Program-made: the position numbers and the translations under genes
Notes under the pieces: generated by a model
What the model was told of the DNA's origin: nothing
The model's database searches: none
The model's input: the letters and a program-made list of their open reading frames with translations, nothing else
Shown here: positions 53,565-62,351 of the stretch, piece after piece
Layout: every line of letters begins with the position of its first letter
How positions within the stretch are numbered: position 1 is the stretch's first letter
Assembly (NCBI GenBank): GCA_963836235.1
Contig: CAWIIP010000002.1
Location: 1,728,001-1,792,000 of the forward strand
Reading direction: 5' to 3'
Origin: an uncultured Pseudomonadota bacterium
GTDB lineage: Bacteria > Oederibacteriota > Muellerivitia > Muellerivitales > Muellerivitaceae
Length of the DNA stretch: 64,000 nucleotides

Positions 53565-54013
53565 AGATTTTCCAATACTTCCTGAATATGGCCCTTCACG
53601 CTCACGGGTGACCAAAGCTTTTTCACCTTGCCGGTTTTATCAATGACGAGGGTAGTACGCACGATACCCATGAATTTGCGGCCCATGAATTTTTTTTTCT
53701 GCCAGACCCCGTATTTCTTCAGCATTTTTTTATCTTCGTCAGATAAAAGTGTAAAAGGAAGTTTGTACTTCTCCTTGAAAGCCCCGTGTTTTTTTACCGG
53801 ATCGGCGCTGACGCCCAAAACGACTGCGCCTTTTTTTTTCACGGCGCTCCAGTTGTCCCGGAAATCACAAGCTTCCTGGGTGCAGCCGGGAGTCATGTCC
53901 TTCGGGTAAAAATACAGCACAACTGTTTTTCCCTTGAAATCCGCTAGTGACACCTTTTGGCCTTGGTCGTCGTCCAATGAGAACAAGGGTGCTTTTTGGC
54001 CTTCTTTAATCAT
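53561..54013 (-). CDS. bcp: Thioredoxin-dependent peroxiredoxin Bcp
   Basis: VLYFYPKDMTPGCTQEACDFRD. Confidence 0.95.
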   Translation of the reverse strand: MIKEGQKAPLFSLDDDQGQKVSLADFKGKTVVLYFYPKDMTPGCTQEACDFRDNWSAVKKKGAVVLGVSADPVKKHGAFKEKYKLPFTLLSDEDKKMLKKYGVWQKKKFMGRKFMGIVRTTLVIDKTGKVKKLWSPVSVKGHIQEVLENL

Positions 54014-54127
54014 TAGGTGACCTCAATTTAAAATTTGATGCGGCCATCATTAGGGAGGGTTCTTTTGAAAGCAAGCTTGTCAAAGGTAGATGCAGCTCAG
54101 GAAATGGGCTTTTTTTAAGTAAAATTC

Positions 54128-54167
54128 GTGTAAAAATTGACATAATTGAGACAGAAATGACTCAATT
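54128..54167. promoter_or_regulatory. Tandem palindromic binding sites (enhancer/UAS-like)
   Basis: GTGTAAAAATTGACAT and AATTGAGACAGAAATGACTCAATT, centres 20 bp apart, in an AT-rich intergenic region. Confidence 0.4.
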
Positions 54168-54366
54168 TAAAATAAACATTGATTGTTCGTTTAACTAAAA
54201 AAGTTAAAAAAACCTTATTTTATGTGTTTTTTTGTAGCCTGTCTTGTTTTAGATGTAACCTTTGAGGTACAAAAGGTGTATTCTTAGCTGATCGGTTTTT
54301 AGCCTACAAATCTTTGCTTTTCGACACATCAAACGTAAGGTCTAAAGCCTTCATAAGGAGGTTGCG

Positions 54367-55071
54367 ATGAACTTCTACTTCTCGTTATTTCAACTTATTG
54401 AAACGGTAGAGCGTTTGGAAAGGGATGTTCAGCATTTGGCTAGCCGCGCCCTCCGAATCAGCCCAAGGGATGCCCGGGCTAATCGAGAGCTTTTGGAACA
54501 ATGCGACAGCAAGATGGGGGAAGTTCGCGTTTTGCTCAACAATAAAACCCACATCAGCAAAATTACGCTTCGCAAAGCCGCTATTCTTTTCCAACTTCTT
54601 GAAATTTTCTATCATCGTGTCCTTCACTTGTCGGCCGCGACTTCCAATGTCGGCCAAGACGACGAAAATTCGGTGAAGGCTGTTTGGCTGATGCTCTCCT
54701 TGGCCCAGAGACACTATCAAGACTTGGTGAAGACCCTTTTCGAATTGACCGGAATCCCAGTTAGTCTCACATTGAATGGTTCCCAAGAACCCTCCGCCCA
54801 CGAGCTTTCGACTATTCTCCAAAAAGAAAGTTCTTACCAGCAAGAGTCTTTGAAGCTTTTGGAAAAAGCTATTGAGGTCTTTGGCGAGGAACAGGAATTG
54901 GCCGATCAGTTAACCCAAGTTCGCAAGGACTTGTTGGAAATCAAAAAACGGATGAAACAATTTTCAACTAGCCATTCGGTTGATAAGCCTGATTTTTCAA
55001 AGGTCGAGAAATCGATTGAAAAATCGGCACCGCACGCGCCTGTTTCCGTTCAGACGCTTTCGAAGAATTAA
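54367..55071 (+). CDS. All-helical hypothetical protein
   Basis: Strong SD AAGGAGG; amphipathic helices throughout. Confidence 0.75.
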   Translation: MNFYFSLFQLIETVERLERDVQHLASRALRISPRDARANRELLEQCDSKMGEVRVLLNNKTHISKITLRKAAILFQLLEIFYHRVLHLSAATSNVGQDDENSVKAVWLMLSLAQRHYQDLVKTLFELTGIPVSLTLNGSQEPSAHELSTILQKESSYQQESLKLLEKAIEVFGEEQELADQLTQVRKDLLEIKKRMKQFSTSHSVDKPDFSKVEKSIEKSAPHAPVSVQTLSKN

Positions 55072-55134
55072 AGGACAGCAGCTAAACGTGTATTTTGCGC
55101 TTTCGTTGAATTCATATAGGGCTACCTTTCTCCC

Positions 55135-56421
55135 GTGAGCCCTCGGCGGTATAGGCCACCGGCCCTTTATATGAAGGCACCGTTCCTCCAGGAAGTTCTG
55201 GATGGGATGGTGGAGTCCGTCAAAATCATCGACAACCGCTACCGCCTCGTTTACGCCAACGAAACCTCGCGAAAAAATCTCGGCCAAGAATTGAACGAAC
55301 TGAGGGGCCGTTCTTGCCACCAGGCTTTCTATGGGTTCAAGGAAAAATGTTTTTTCTGCAACATGGGGAAGGTTTTCGAGCAAGGCCAATCCCTGACAAG
55401 TTATTGCACCCTTGCCATCCGTGGAACCAATCGAGACTTTGAAGTTTCCATTTTTCCGCTTTATGGGGCCAATCGAAAAATTGATTACGCGGTGGAAATC
55501 GTGAGGGACATCACGGCGCTCTCCAAGGGCGCGGCGCTTCCTCAAAACGCGGGAAAGATATCGAGCCGCGACAAGGCCTTCGGCATGGTTTTTGAAAATA
55601 TGGCCCAATGGGCCGAGGATGAAAGGCCGGTCCTGCTGCAGGGTGAAAAGGGAACGGGCAAAAAATCCTTCGCCCAAGCTTTGCACCAGCGCAGTCCGCG
55701 CGCGGGAGGGCCCTTCAGAGTTTTTCATTGCGTGGATAACTCCAGTGGTGACTGTTGTGAAGGTCTTTTCGGCGAGGCCGGTGCCTGGGAAAAGGCAAAG
55801 GGAGGAACCCTCTATCTGGACGGCATCTGCCACCTGGGGGAAGCCAGCCAGAAAAAACTCTCGGAGAAACTTTCCACCCCCCTCGACGAAAGCAATCCCC
55901 GGGTGGTGGCCGCCACTCCTGAGGATATTCTTTCCCTGGTTCATCAGGAAACCATCCGGGTAGACCTTTATAACCGTTTCGCCTCCCGGGTCCTTCGCCT
56001 TCCGGCCTTGCGTGAACGCAAGCAAGATTTGCCATTTCTGGCCCAACATTTCATCGAGACTTATAAAGTCCTCACCGGTTCGCCCGCGGAAAAGCTGGGG
56101 CCGGACGCCCTCTGCCAATTGATGACTTACGCCTGGCCGGGCAATATCCGGGAACTGGAAACCCAGATTGAGCGCGCCTGCCTGATGGCATCGGGCTCTC
56201 AAATCGACCATCTGGACCTGCCTATTTGCGCGCCGACGATGGAAAAGCTGGACGACCTTTTGGACACCACGGAAAAAGCTTATTTAGTGGATGCTTTGAC
56301 AAAAACCCGGGGAGTTTTAGCCCAAACGGCTAAGCACGCTGGATTAAGCCTGAAAACCCTTCAACGAAAAATGAAAAAATACGGATTCAAGGCTGAGGAT
56401 TTCCGAAACCTTCCGGAGTAA
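55135..56421 (+). CDS. PAS + degenerate sigma54-activator-like AAA+ + Fis-type HTH regulator
   Basis: PAS (CHQAFYG...C..C, EIVRDIT), GEKGTGK, LPALRERKQD, WPGNIREL, HTH; no GAFTGA; start may be ATG55171. Confidence 0.85.
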   Translation: MSPRRYRPPALYMKAPFLQEVLDGMVESVKIIDNRYRLVYANETSRKNLGQELNELRGRSCHQAFYGFKEKCFFCNMGKVFEQGQSLTSYCTLAIRGTNRDFEVSIFPLYGANRKIDYAVEIVRDITALSKGAALPQNAGKISSRDKAFGMVFENMAQWAEDERPVLLQGEKGTGKKSFAQALHQRSPRAGGPFRVFHCVDNSSGDCCEGLFGEAGAWEKAKGGTLYLDGICHLGEASQKKLSEKLSTPLDESNPRVVAATPEDILSLVHQETIRVDLYNRFASRVLRLPALRERKQDLPFLAQHFIETYKVLTGSPAEKLGPDALCQLMTYAWPGNIRELETQIERACLMASGSQIDHLDLPICAPTMEKLDDLLDTTEKAYLVDALTKTRGVLAQTAKHAGLSLKTLQRKMKKYGFKAEDFRNLPE

Positions 56422-56528
56422 AACCACTTGGCAGTTCACTGTCGGCGGGTCACCGAAGTAAAAAAATGGTCGACTCATTTGCCGGATTCTTTGGCCGCAT
56501 CAATGAAGGGCGAACTTTCAACTGCTTC

Positions 56529-56557
56529 TTGACGGCCCCCCGACAGCGTTTTAAACT
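56529..56557 (+). promoter_or_regulatory. sigma70 promoter of icd
   Basis: TTGACG-17 bp-TAAACT. Confidence 0.6.
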
Positions 56558-56608
56558 GCCCACCACTTAGTTATCCCGCTTGATAAGCCATTCCAAAGGA
56601 GTTTTTCC

Positions 56609-57868
56609 GTGTCCTATACCTATCAAAACGTGAAGCCGCCCAAGGGCGAAAAAGTTTCCATCCAGAACGGAATTTTACAGGTTCCGGACAATCCCGTACT
56701 TCCTTTTATCGAGGGTGACGGCACGGGTCCGGATATTTGGCGAGCTTCGGTACGAGTCTTTGACGCGGCGGTGGAAAAGGCTTATGGCGGCAAGAAAAAA
56801 ATATCATGGTTTGAGGTTTACGCGGGACAGACGGCTTTCGATAAATTCCAGAACTGGCTGCCGGACGATACAGTGGAAGCTTTCAAGGAATATTTAGTGG
56901 GTATCAAGGGTCCCTTGACCACGCCGGTGGGCAAGGGCATCCGTTCCCTCAATGTAGCGCTTCGCCAAATGCTAGACCTTTACGTCTGCTTGCGTCCGGT
57001 CGGCTATTTCACGGGTGTTCCCTCGCCCGTGAAGCATCCAGAGAAAGTGAACATGGTGATTTTCCGGGAAAACACCGAGGATATTTACGCCGGTATCGAG
57101 TGGCAGGAGGGCACGCTTGAGGCCAAAAAGATTATTGAGTGGCTTCAGAAGGAAATGGGAGTTAAGAAAATCCGTTTTCCCCAAACTTCCGGCATCGGCA
57201 TAAAGCCCGTTTCCCAAGAAGGCACCTCAAGACTGGTTCGGGCGGCTATTGAATATGCCATTAAGCACAAGCGCAAGAGCGTCACCTTCGTCCATAAAGG
57301 CAACATCATGAAGTTCACCGAAGGCGCCTTCCGTGACTGGGGTTACGAACTGGCCAAAAAGGAATTCGGCGCGGTGGAACTGGACGGCGGGCCATGGTGC
57401 AAGATACCCGAAGGGAAACCGGGTGCGGGGATCGTCATCAAGGACGCTATCGCCGATATCACCCTCCAACAGGTCTTGACTCGCCCTGAGGACTTTGACG
57501 TCATCGCGACCCTCAACCTTAACGGCGATTATCTTTCCGACGCCCTGGCTGCCCAGGTGGGCGGTATCGGCATTGCGCCGGGTGGCAACATCAACTATGT
57601 AACCGGCCATGCCATCTTCGAGGCTACTCATGGAACAGCCCCTAAATACGCCAACCTGGACAAAGTCAATCCGGGGTCGGTTGTTTTATCGGGTGTCATG
57701 ATGCTGGAGTATATGGGCTGGCTGGAAGCCTCCCGAATGATCGTGAAGGCACTGGAAAAAACCATCGGCCTAAAGGTCGTTACCTACGATTTCGCGCGGT
57801 TGACCGAGGGCGCGAAAGAAGTAAAGTGCTCCGAGTTCGCCACGGCAGTCATCGGGAACATGGCTTGA
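56609..57868 (+). CDS. icd: NADP-dependent isocitrate dehydrogenase
   Basis: [67 protein letters not shown]. Confidence 0.97.
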   Translation: MSYTYQNVKPPKGEKVSIQNGILQVPDNPVLPFIEGDGTGPDIWRASVRVFDAAVEKAYGGKKKISWFEVYAGQTAFDKFQNWLPDDTVEAFKEYLVGIKGPLTTPVGKGIRSLNVALRQMLDLYVCLRPVGYFTGVPSPVKHPEKVNMVIFRENTEDIYAGIEWQEGTLEAKKIIEWLQKEMGVKKIRFPQTSGIGIKPVSQEGTSRLVRAAIEYAIKHKRKSVTFVHKGNIMKFTEGAFRDWGYELAKKEFGAVELDGGPWCKIPEGKPGAGIVIKDAIADITLQQVLTRPEDFDVIATLNLNGDYLSDALAAQVGGIGIAPGGNINYVTGHAIFEATHGTAPKYANLDKVNPGSVVLSGVMMLEYMGWLEASRMIVKALEKTIGLKVVTYDFARLTEGAKEVKCSEFATAVIGNMA

Positions 57869-57900
57869 TTCATTAACCTCGATTTGTTTCTATTTCATTT

Positions 57901-57938
57901 AAGGGAAGGCCTTTCTATGGGGCCTTCCCTTGTTTTTT
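57901..57938 (+). terminator. Rho-independent terminator after icd
   Basis: AAGGGAAGGCC/GGCCTTCCCTT stem followed by a T-run. Confidence 0.85.
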
Positions 57939-57948
57939 AGGACCCTTC

Positions 57949-58578
57949 ATGATACCCCACCATATTATCCTCTTCGACCTCGACGGGACCCTCACTTACG
58001 GCATTTCCACGACCCGGTTTCTCTTCCGCCGGGCGGGGGATGAGGCTTTTTTCCGTTTCCTCGAAAAAGAATGGCTGGAAGACCGGATGGATCATCTGAC
58101 CCTGGCCCAAAAGGTCACCCAACGGATGGCGGGTTGGAAAGTGCGGGATATGGAACGAAGCCTGCAGTTAATCCCCAAAGTGAAGGGCATTGGTGAGACC
58201 GTGAAAGCACTTAAAAAGAAGGGGTTTTACACGGCCTTGGCCACCCTCGGTTATGAGTTGAGCGCCCGGTATTTTCAGAAACGTTACGGTTTCGATGAAG
58301 TGCGCGGAACCACAATGGAAACCAACCGGGGAATCATCACGGGCCGGAAGCTCAAGATTTTTGAGGAACATGAGAAGGCCCTCTTCCTTAAGCGCTTGGC
58401 GAAAAACCACCGCTTGACCCTCACCCAAACGGTAGCGGTAGGGGACAGCCGATCCGACCGGGAAGTCTTCAAGATTGCGGGTTTTCGAATCGCCCTGAAC
58501 CAGGACGGCTTCCTTAAGAAAATCGCGGATGTGGATTTGAAAGCCCGGGATATCCGGGTTATCCTCAGGCACCTATGA
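57949..58578 (+). CDS. HAD hydrolase, phosphoserine phosphatase-like
   Basis: FDLDGTLT, K motif (EKALFL), AVGDSRSD. Confidence 0.85.
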   Translation: MIPHHIILFDLDGTLTYGISTTRFLFRRAGDEAFFRFLEKEWLEDRMDHLTLAQKVTQRMAGWKVRDMERSLQLIPKVKGIGETVKALKKKGFYTALATLGYELSARYFQKRYGFDEVRGTTMETNRGIITGRKLKIFEEHEKALFLKRLAKNHRLTLTQTVAVGDSRSDREVFKIAGFRIALNQDGFLKKIADVDLKARDIRVILRHL

Positions 58579-59456
58579 GTTTTCGAAAAAACGGTCTTCT
58601 CTTTATTTTTTTCAGCGATCTTTTCTTTGGCTTCCTTCCGATTTTGGTCAAATGGGCCAACCATCAGGGTTATTCGGCCCTTCAAGCCACCTTCTTCCGG
58701 TTTGGATTCGCCTTGGCGGGAATTCTTATACTTACGGTTTGGGGTTGGCAGAAAATAGGGATTGTCAATCACAAGGCCCTGTTCTGGAGGGGATTTTTCG
58801 GCGGTTGGAGCGTCTTCTTTTTTTTTATCACTTTGCAACATAGCACCGCCGCCAAGGCAACCCTTTTAAATTACACTTATTCAATTTGGGCCAATGTGTT
58901 CGACGTGGCGGTTTTTCGGCGCCAGCCGCCGAGGTTTTTTTGGCCAACCCTTCTGATGGCGGGCGTCGGAGTTTGGCTGGTCCTGGGGATCCAATGGTCG
59001 GGTTTCCAGTGGGGGGATGCCACTGGAATCATTTCCGGCATGACGAGCGGGGCGGCAGTTTTGTCCGTCAAGGAAGCCCGGCGTACCGACAACGCCCTGA
59101 GCGTTTTTACCAGTTTTTCGATTTTCGGTTTCTTCATCGCTGGTTTATTTTTGTGGTGGGGACCGGGCCTGGGAATGAATTTGCTGGCGGCTTGGCATCC
59201 CATGGACGAAAGAGGATGGATCCTCCTTCTCTGCATGGGACTGGTGGGGATGTTAGCGCAGGTACTCTTCACCCATGGTTACGGCTATACGAGCCTGGCC
59301 GCGGGCGCACTTTTTTCCCTTTTGGTGCCCGTCTTTGCGGCTCTTTTTGGACTTTTCCTTTTGGGAGAGGGTTTAACGCCGCATTTTGTCTTGGGAACAC
59401 TATTGATTTTGGTAGCCTGTGGGCTTTTGGTTCGGCCCGAAGAACCCCAAGTTTGA
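58575..59456 (+). CDS. DMT/EamA transporter
   Basis: 10 TMs in two repeats; FFRF, ATLLNYT, LLVPVFAALFG...GE. Confidence 0.88.
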   Translation: MSFRKNGLLFIFFSDLFFGFLPILVKWANHQGYSALQATFFRFGFALAGILILTVWGWQKIGIVNHKALFWRGFFGGWSVFFFFITLQHSTAAKATLLNYTYSIWANVFDVAVFRRQPPRFFWPTLLMAGVGVWLVLGIQWSGFQWGDATGIISGMTSGAAVLSVKEARRTDNALSVFTSFSIFGFFIAGLFLWWGPGLGMNLLAAWHPMDERGWILLLCMGLVGMLAQVLFTHGYGYTSLAAGALFSLLVPVFAALFGLFLLGEGLTPHFVLGTLLILVACGLLVRPEEPQV

Positions 59457-59568
59457 TTCCACATTAATCATTTTCCAAAAAAACATGGCGAGCGTTTTAC
59501 CTGAAACTTTAAGGTTAAGACAAACGATATCCGTTTGGCGGTTAAATTTCTTTACCGGTTATTTTCCA

Positions 59569-59584
59569 AGGCAAGTGATATGCT
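59569..59584 (+). promoter_or_regulatory. Possible sigma54 -24/-12 promoter for the PilZ pair
   Basis: AGGCAA-GTGAT-ATGCT: GG-N10-GC spacing exact; SD AGGAGG and ATG59630 follow. Confidence 0.4.
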
Positions 59585-59629
59585 TTTTAAGAACCCAGGC
59601 AGCTCTCCGGCTGAAACCAGGAGGACGTA

Positions 59630-60064
59630 ATGAAAACAGGATGGATTGAAAAATTCCAAGCAGGCCGAGTGGAAGCGACTCTCAAGGCGGAATTTCAGCT
59701 CTTGACTCCGGCGGAAGCCAAAAAATTATTAACCCAGGAGTCTTACGGTCAAACCACCGTGAATCAGCTGCCACAGCTTTCGGAAAAATCCTCCCTCTAC
59801 CGTGCCATTACAAAAGACATTTTTCGAAGCCAATTGGTTTTGCTCAGCCAAAGCCCCCTGTCCCAAAGGGAAAGGCTGGAAATTGTCCTCCATCTCCCCC
59901 AATTTGAAACTCCCCTTCGGCTTTTGGCCGAAGCGGTTCATGTGGAAACAACTTTGGAAATGGGCCGGAATCTTTTCCATGGCGATTTACTCTTTCTCGC
60001 CATCCACAAGGGCGACGTTGAAAGCCTGGCCCATAGACTTATTCAACAAAGCCAAACTGTTTAA
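59630..60064 (+). CDS. Degenerate PilZ-domain protein (paralogue of the next gene)
   Basis: Collinear with 60172..60624 (LSEKSSLYRA.TKDI, LHLP, HVETT.EMGR, LAIHKGDV) but lacks RxxxR and DxSxxG. Confidence 0.8.
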   Translation: MKTGWIEKFQAGRVEATLKAEFQLLTPAEAKKLLTQESYGQTTVNQLPQLSEKSSLYRAITKDIFRSQLVLLSQSPLSQRERLEIVLHLPQFETPLRLLAEAVHVETTLEMGRNLFHGDLLFLAIHKGDVESLAHRLIQQSQTV

Positions 60065-60171
60065 AATTCTCTTATAATTCCGCCTTTTCAAGCCGCGTTG
60101 ACCCACGGGTGTCTTTCTTTTGGTATCCTATGGGCCGGAAAGAAGTCCATTTTCGGAGCGCGGAGAAGGTT

Positions 60172-60624
60172 ATGGGGCCTAAATCGGGCTGGGTTGAGAA
60201 ACGCCGGCATGAGCGGGTTTTGGCGACATTGAAGATGGAATATCAGGTTGTGAGCGGCCCGGAGGCCAAGACACTCTTGGGCCACGAAAACTATAAGCTT
60301 ACGCAAAAAGAACACCTGCCGGAACTCTCCGAAAAGTCATCCCTCTACCGCGCGGTCACCAAGGATATTTCCCTGGGCGGGCTTTCTCTGGTGAGCCAAC
60401 AGCCGATCCAAAAAGGAACCCTGTTGGAGATATCCCTCCATCTTCCCAATTATAAGACGACCTTGAAATTCCTAGCTGAGATCATGCATGTGGAAACTAC
60501 GGTGGAAATGGGACGCACCCTTTTTCACGCGGGTATCCGTACTTTGGCCATTCACAAGGGCGACGTGGACCGTATCGGTGATTACCTTATCCAACAGAAG
60601 GAAACCGGCGGGTTGGCCCCATGA
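60172..60624 (+). CDS. PilZ domain protein
   Basis: EKRRHERV (RxxxR) and KDISLGG (DxSxxG); SD GGAG. Confidence 0.88.
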   Translation: MGPKSGWVEKRRHERVLATLKMEYQVVSGPEAKTLLGHENYKLTQKEHLPELSEKSSLYRAVTKDISLGGLSLVSQQPIQKGTLLEISLHLPNYKTTLKFLAEIMHVETTVEMGRTLFHAGIRTLAIHKGDVDRIGDYLIQQKETGGLAP

Positions 60625-60630
60625 CTCTCA

Positions 60631-60710
60631 GCCGCGAATCAACGCAAATTGACGCAGTTAAGACCTCGAATTCTTTAAAACAACAGCGAGGATTTGCGCC
60701 CATTTGCGGC
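60631..60710. repeat. Imperfect inverted repeat with 10-bp periodic CGCNAAT arms (same family as 20794)
   Basis: Arms 60631-60659 and 60682-60710, 21/29 identical after reverse complement. Confidence 0.65.
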
Positions 60711-61731
60711 CCCCGTTGTTCCTTTATGGAAATTCTTGAGTAGCGGCCCCACGGCTTCCCGCCTGCCCCGCTGGCGGGGGTTTAACCTCCTCGGCAAATA
60801 TTCGATTCACCAACAACATTTCGGCCCCTTTTTGGAATGGGATTTTCAAATGATTTCGGAATGGGGCTTTAATTTTGTGCGTTTCCCCATGGATTACCGG
60901 CTTTGGATCAAGGATGGGGATTGGCGTAAAATTGACTCCGACGCTTTTCGGGATATGGATCGGGCCGTGGAATGGGCCCGTCGTTACGGGCTTCACGTCA
61001 GCCTCAATATCCATCGGGCTCCGGGCTATTGCATCAACTTACCCAAAGAACCCAAGGACTTATGGACCGATTCGGAACCCCAGGAAATTTGCGCTTCCCA
61101 TTGGGCCTTCATCGCCCGGCGTTATAAGGGTATTTCCAATACTGAGATGAGCTTTGACTTATTGAATGAACCCAATGGGGTGGACAATCCTACCTATGCC
61201 AAGGTGGTGGGAATCCTGGCGGAGGCCATCCGTGCCCAAGATCCCCGCCGGCTCATCATCGCCGATGGCACGGACGTGGGGAACCGCCCGGTGCCCGAAT
61301 TGATTTCCTTGAAAGTCGCCCAAGCCACCCGGGGCTACCAGCCCATGGAAATCAGCCATTACCTGGCACCTTGGTCGCCGGGAGGGGGGCAATATACCAA
61401 GCCGGTCTGGCCGATGGAAAAGGACGGGAAGAAATTGGATAAGGAATGGATGCGGCGGGAATTCATCGAACCCTGGAAACAATTGGAATCCCAAGGCGTG
61501 TGCGTTTTCGTGGGCGAGTGGGGAGCTTACAACAAGACACCGCATGATGTGGTTTTAAGCTGGATGAAAGACCATCTGGAGCTTTGGAAGGAAGCGGGTT
61601 GGGGCTGGGTGCTTTGGAATTTCCGGGGGGATTTCGGGGTTTTGGATAGCAAAAGGGAAGATGTAGATTACGAGGATTTTCAGGGACATCAGCTAGATAG
61701 AAAAATGCTGGAACTACTGCGACACTATTAA
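60694..61731 (+). CDS. Glycoside hydrolase family 5 (cellulase superfamily)
   Basis: RWRGFNL, GFNFVRFPMDY, NIHRAPG, FDLLNEP (acid/base), VGEWG (nucleophile); start uncertain. Confidence 0.9.
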   Translation: MRPFAAPVVPLWKFLSSGPTASRLPRWRGFNLLGKYSIHQQHFGPFLEWDFQMISEWGFNFVRFPMDYRLWIKDGDWRKIDSDAFRDMDRAVEWARRYGLHVSLNIHRAPGYCINLPKEPKDLWTDSEPQEICASHWAFIARRYKGISNTEMSFDLLNEPNGVDNPTYAKVVGILAEAIRAQDPRRLIIADGTDVGNRPVPELISLKVAQATRGYQPMEISHYLAPWSPGGGQYTKPVWPMEKDGKKLDKEWMRREFIEPWKQLESQGVCVFVGEWGAYNKTPHDVVLSWMKDHLELWKEAGWGWVLWNFRGDFGVLDSKREDVDYEDFQGHQLDRKMLELLRHY

Positions 61732-61789
61732 AAATTGACAGTCTAGGGTTAATAACTTAGCCCTAGACTGTCAGCCTCGAACCGAAATA

Positions 61790-62221
61790 TTACTGCCAAG
61801 CTCCCAGGATGAGGCCCATAACGAGGAAGGACAGCAGGTAATAACCCACGTTGATAAAATAAAGCTTCCAGGGTTTGCCGTCCCAGAAGACGCTGTTCAA
61901 CTGGCTGGTAGCGATGAAGCCCAACCAAGTCCAAAAGCCGGCGTTCAGGCCCGCTATGATTCCAGAAACATGGAAGAAGCTTTGCCCGGACAAGACGTTA
62001 AAGACCAGGCAATAAGCAGCCAGAAGATTCGCCAAGAAAGCGAAGATATAGTTCTTACCCGCTTTTTTCATCATTTCTTCGCGTTGCTTCTTGTTCAATT
62101 TGTCGAAGCCCATCAGTTTAGACCAAGTCTTTCCGAAGAGGCCCATGTACCAAAGAGCTCCAACCGCAAAATAAGCCACTCCCGCCACCAACACGGCCAA
62201 GTAATTGATATGAATATCCAT
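61790..62221 (-). CDS. DUF1761 membrane protein
   Basis: INYLAVLVA...GALWY..LFGKTW, WLGF, KPWKLYFINVGY; SD AGGAGG. Confidence 0.88.
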   Translation of the reverse strand: MDIHINYLAVLVAGVAYFAVGALWYMGLFGKTWSKLMGFDKLNKKQREEMMKKAGKNYIFAFLANLLAAYCLVFNVLSGQSFFHVSGIIAGLNAGFWTWLGFIATSQLNSVFWDGKPWKLYFINVGYYLLSFLVMGLILGAWQ

Positions 62222-62351
62222 CGTTACCTCCTGGGTGATTTGTAATGTGGTTATTTTAGCGAAGGTCAGTTAACCCCGAAGTTAAATCTCGGGTCATATC
62301 TTCTTGGCTGGGACGATTAATTCAAAAAATATGTAGGTTTCGGAGCAAGAT

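Noticed and set aside
54997-56211. Long antisense ORFs (also 672..1556, 37834..38955, 7217..8239, 22342..23229)
   Set aside because: Each overlaps a motif-supported gene, on the opposite strand or in another frame, and shows no recognisable motifs
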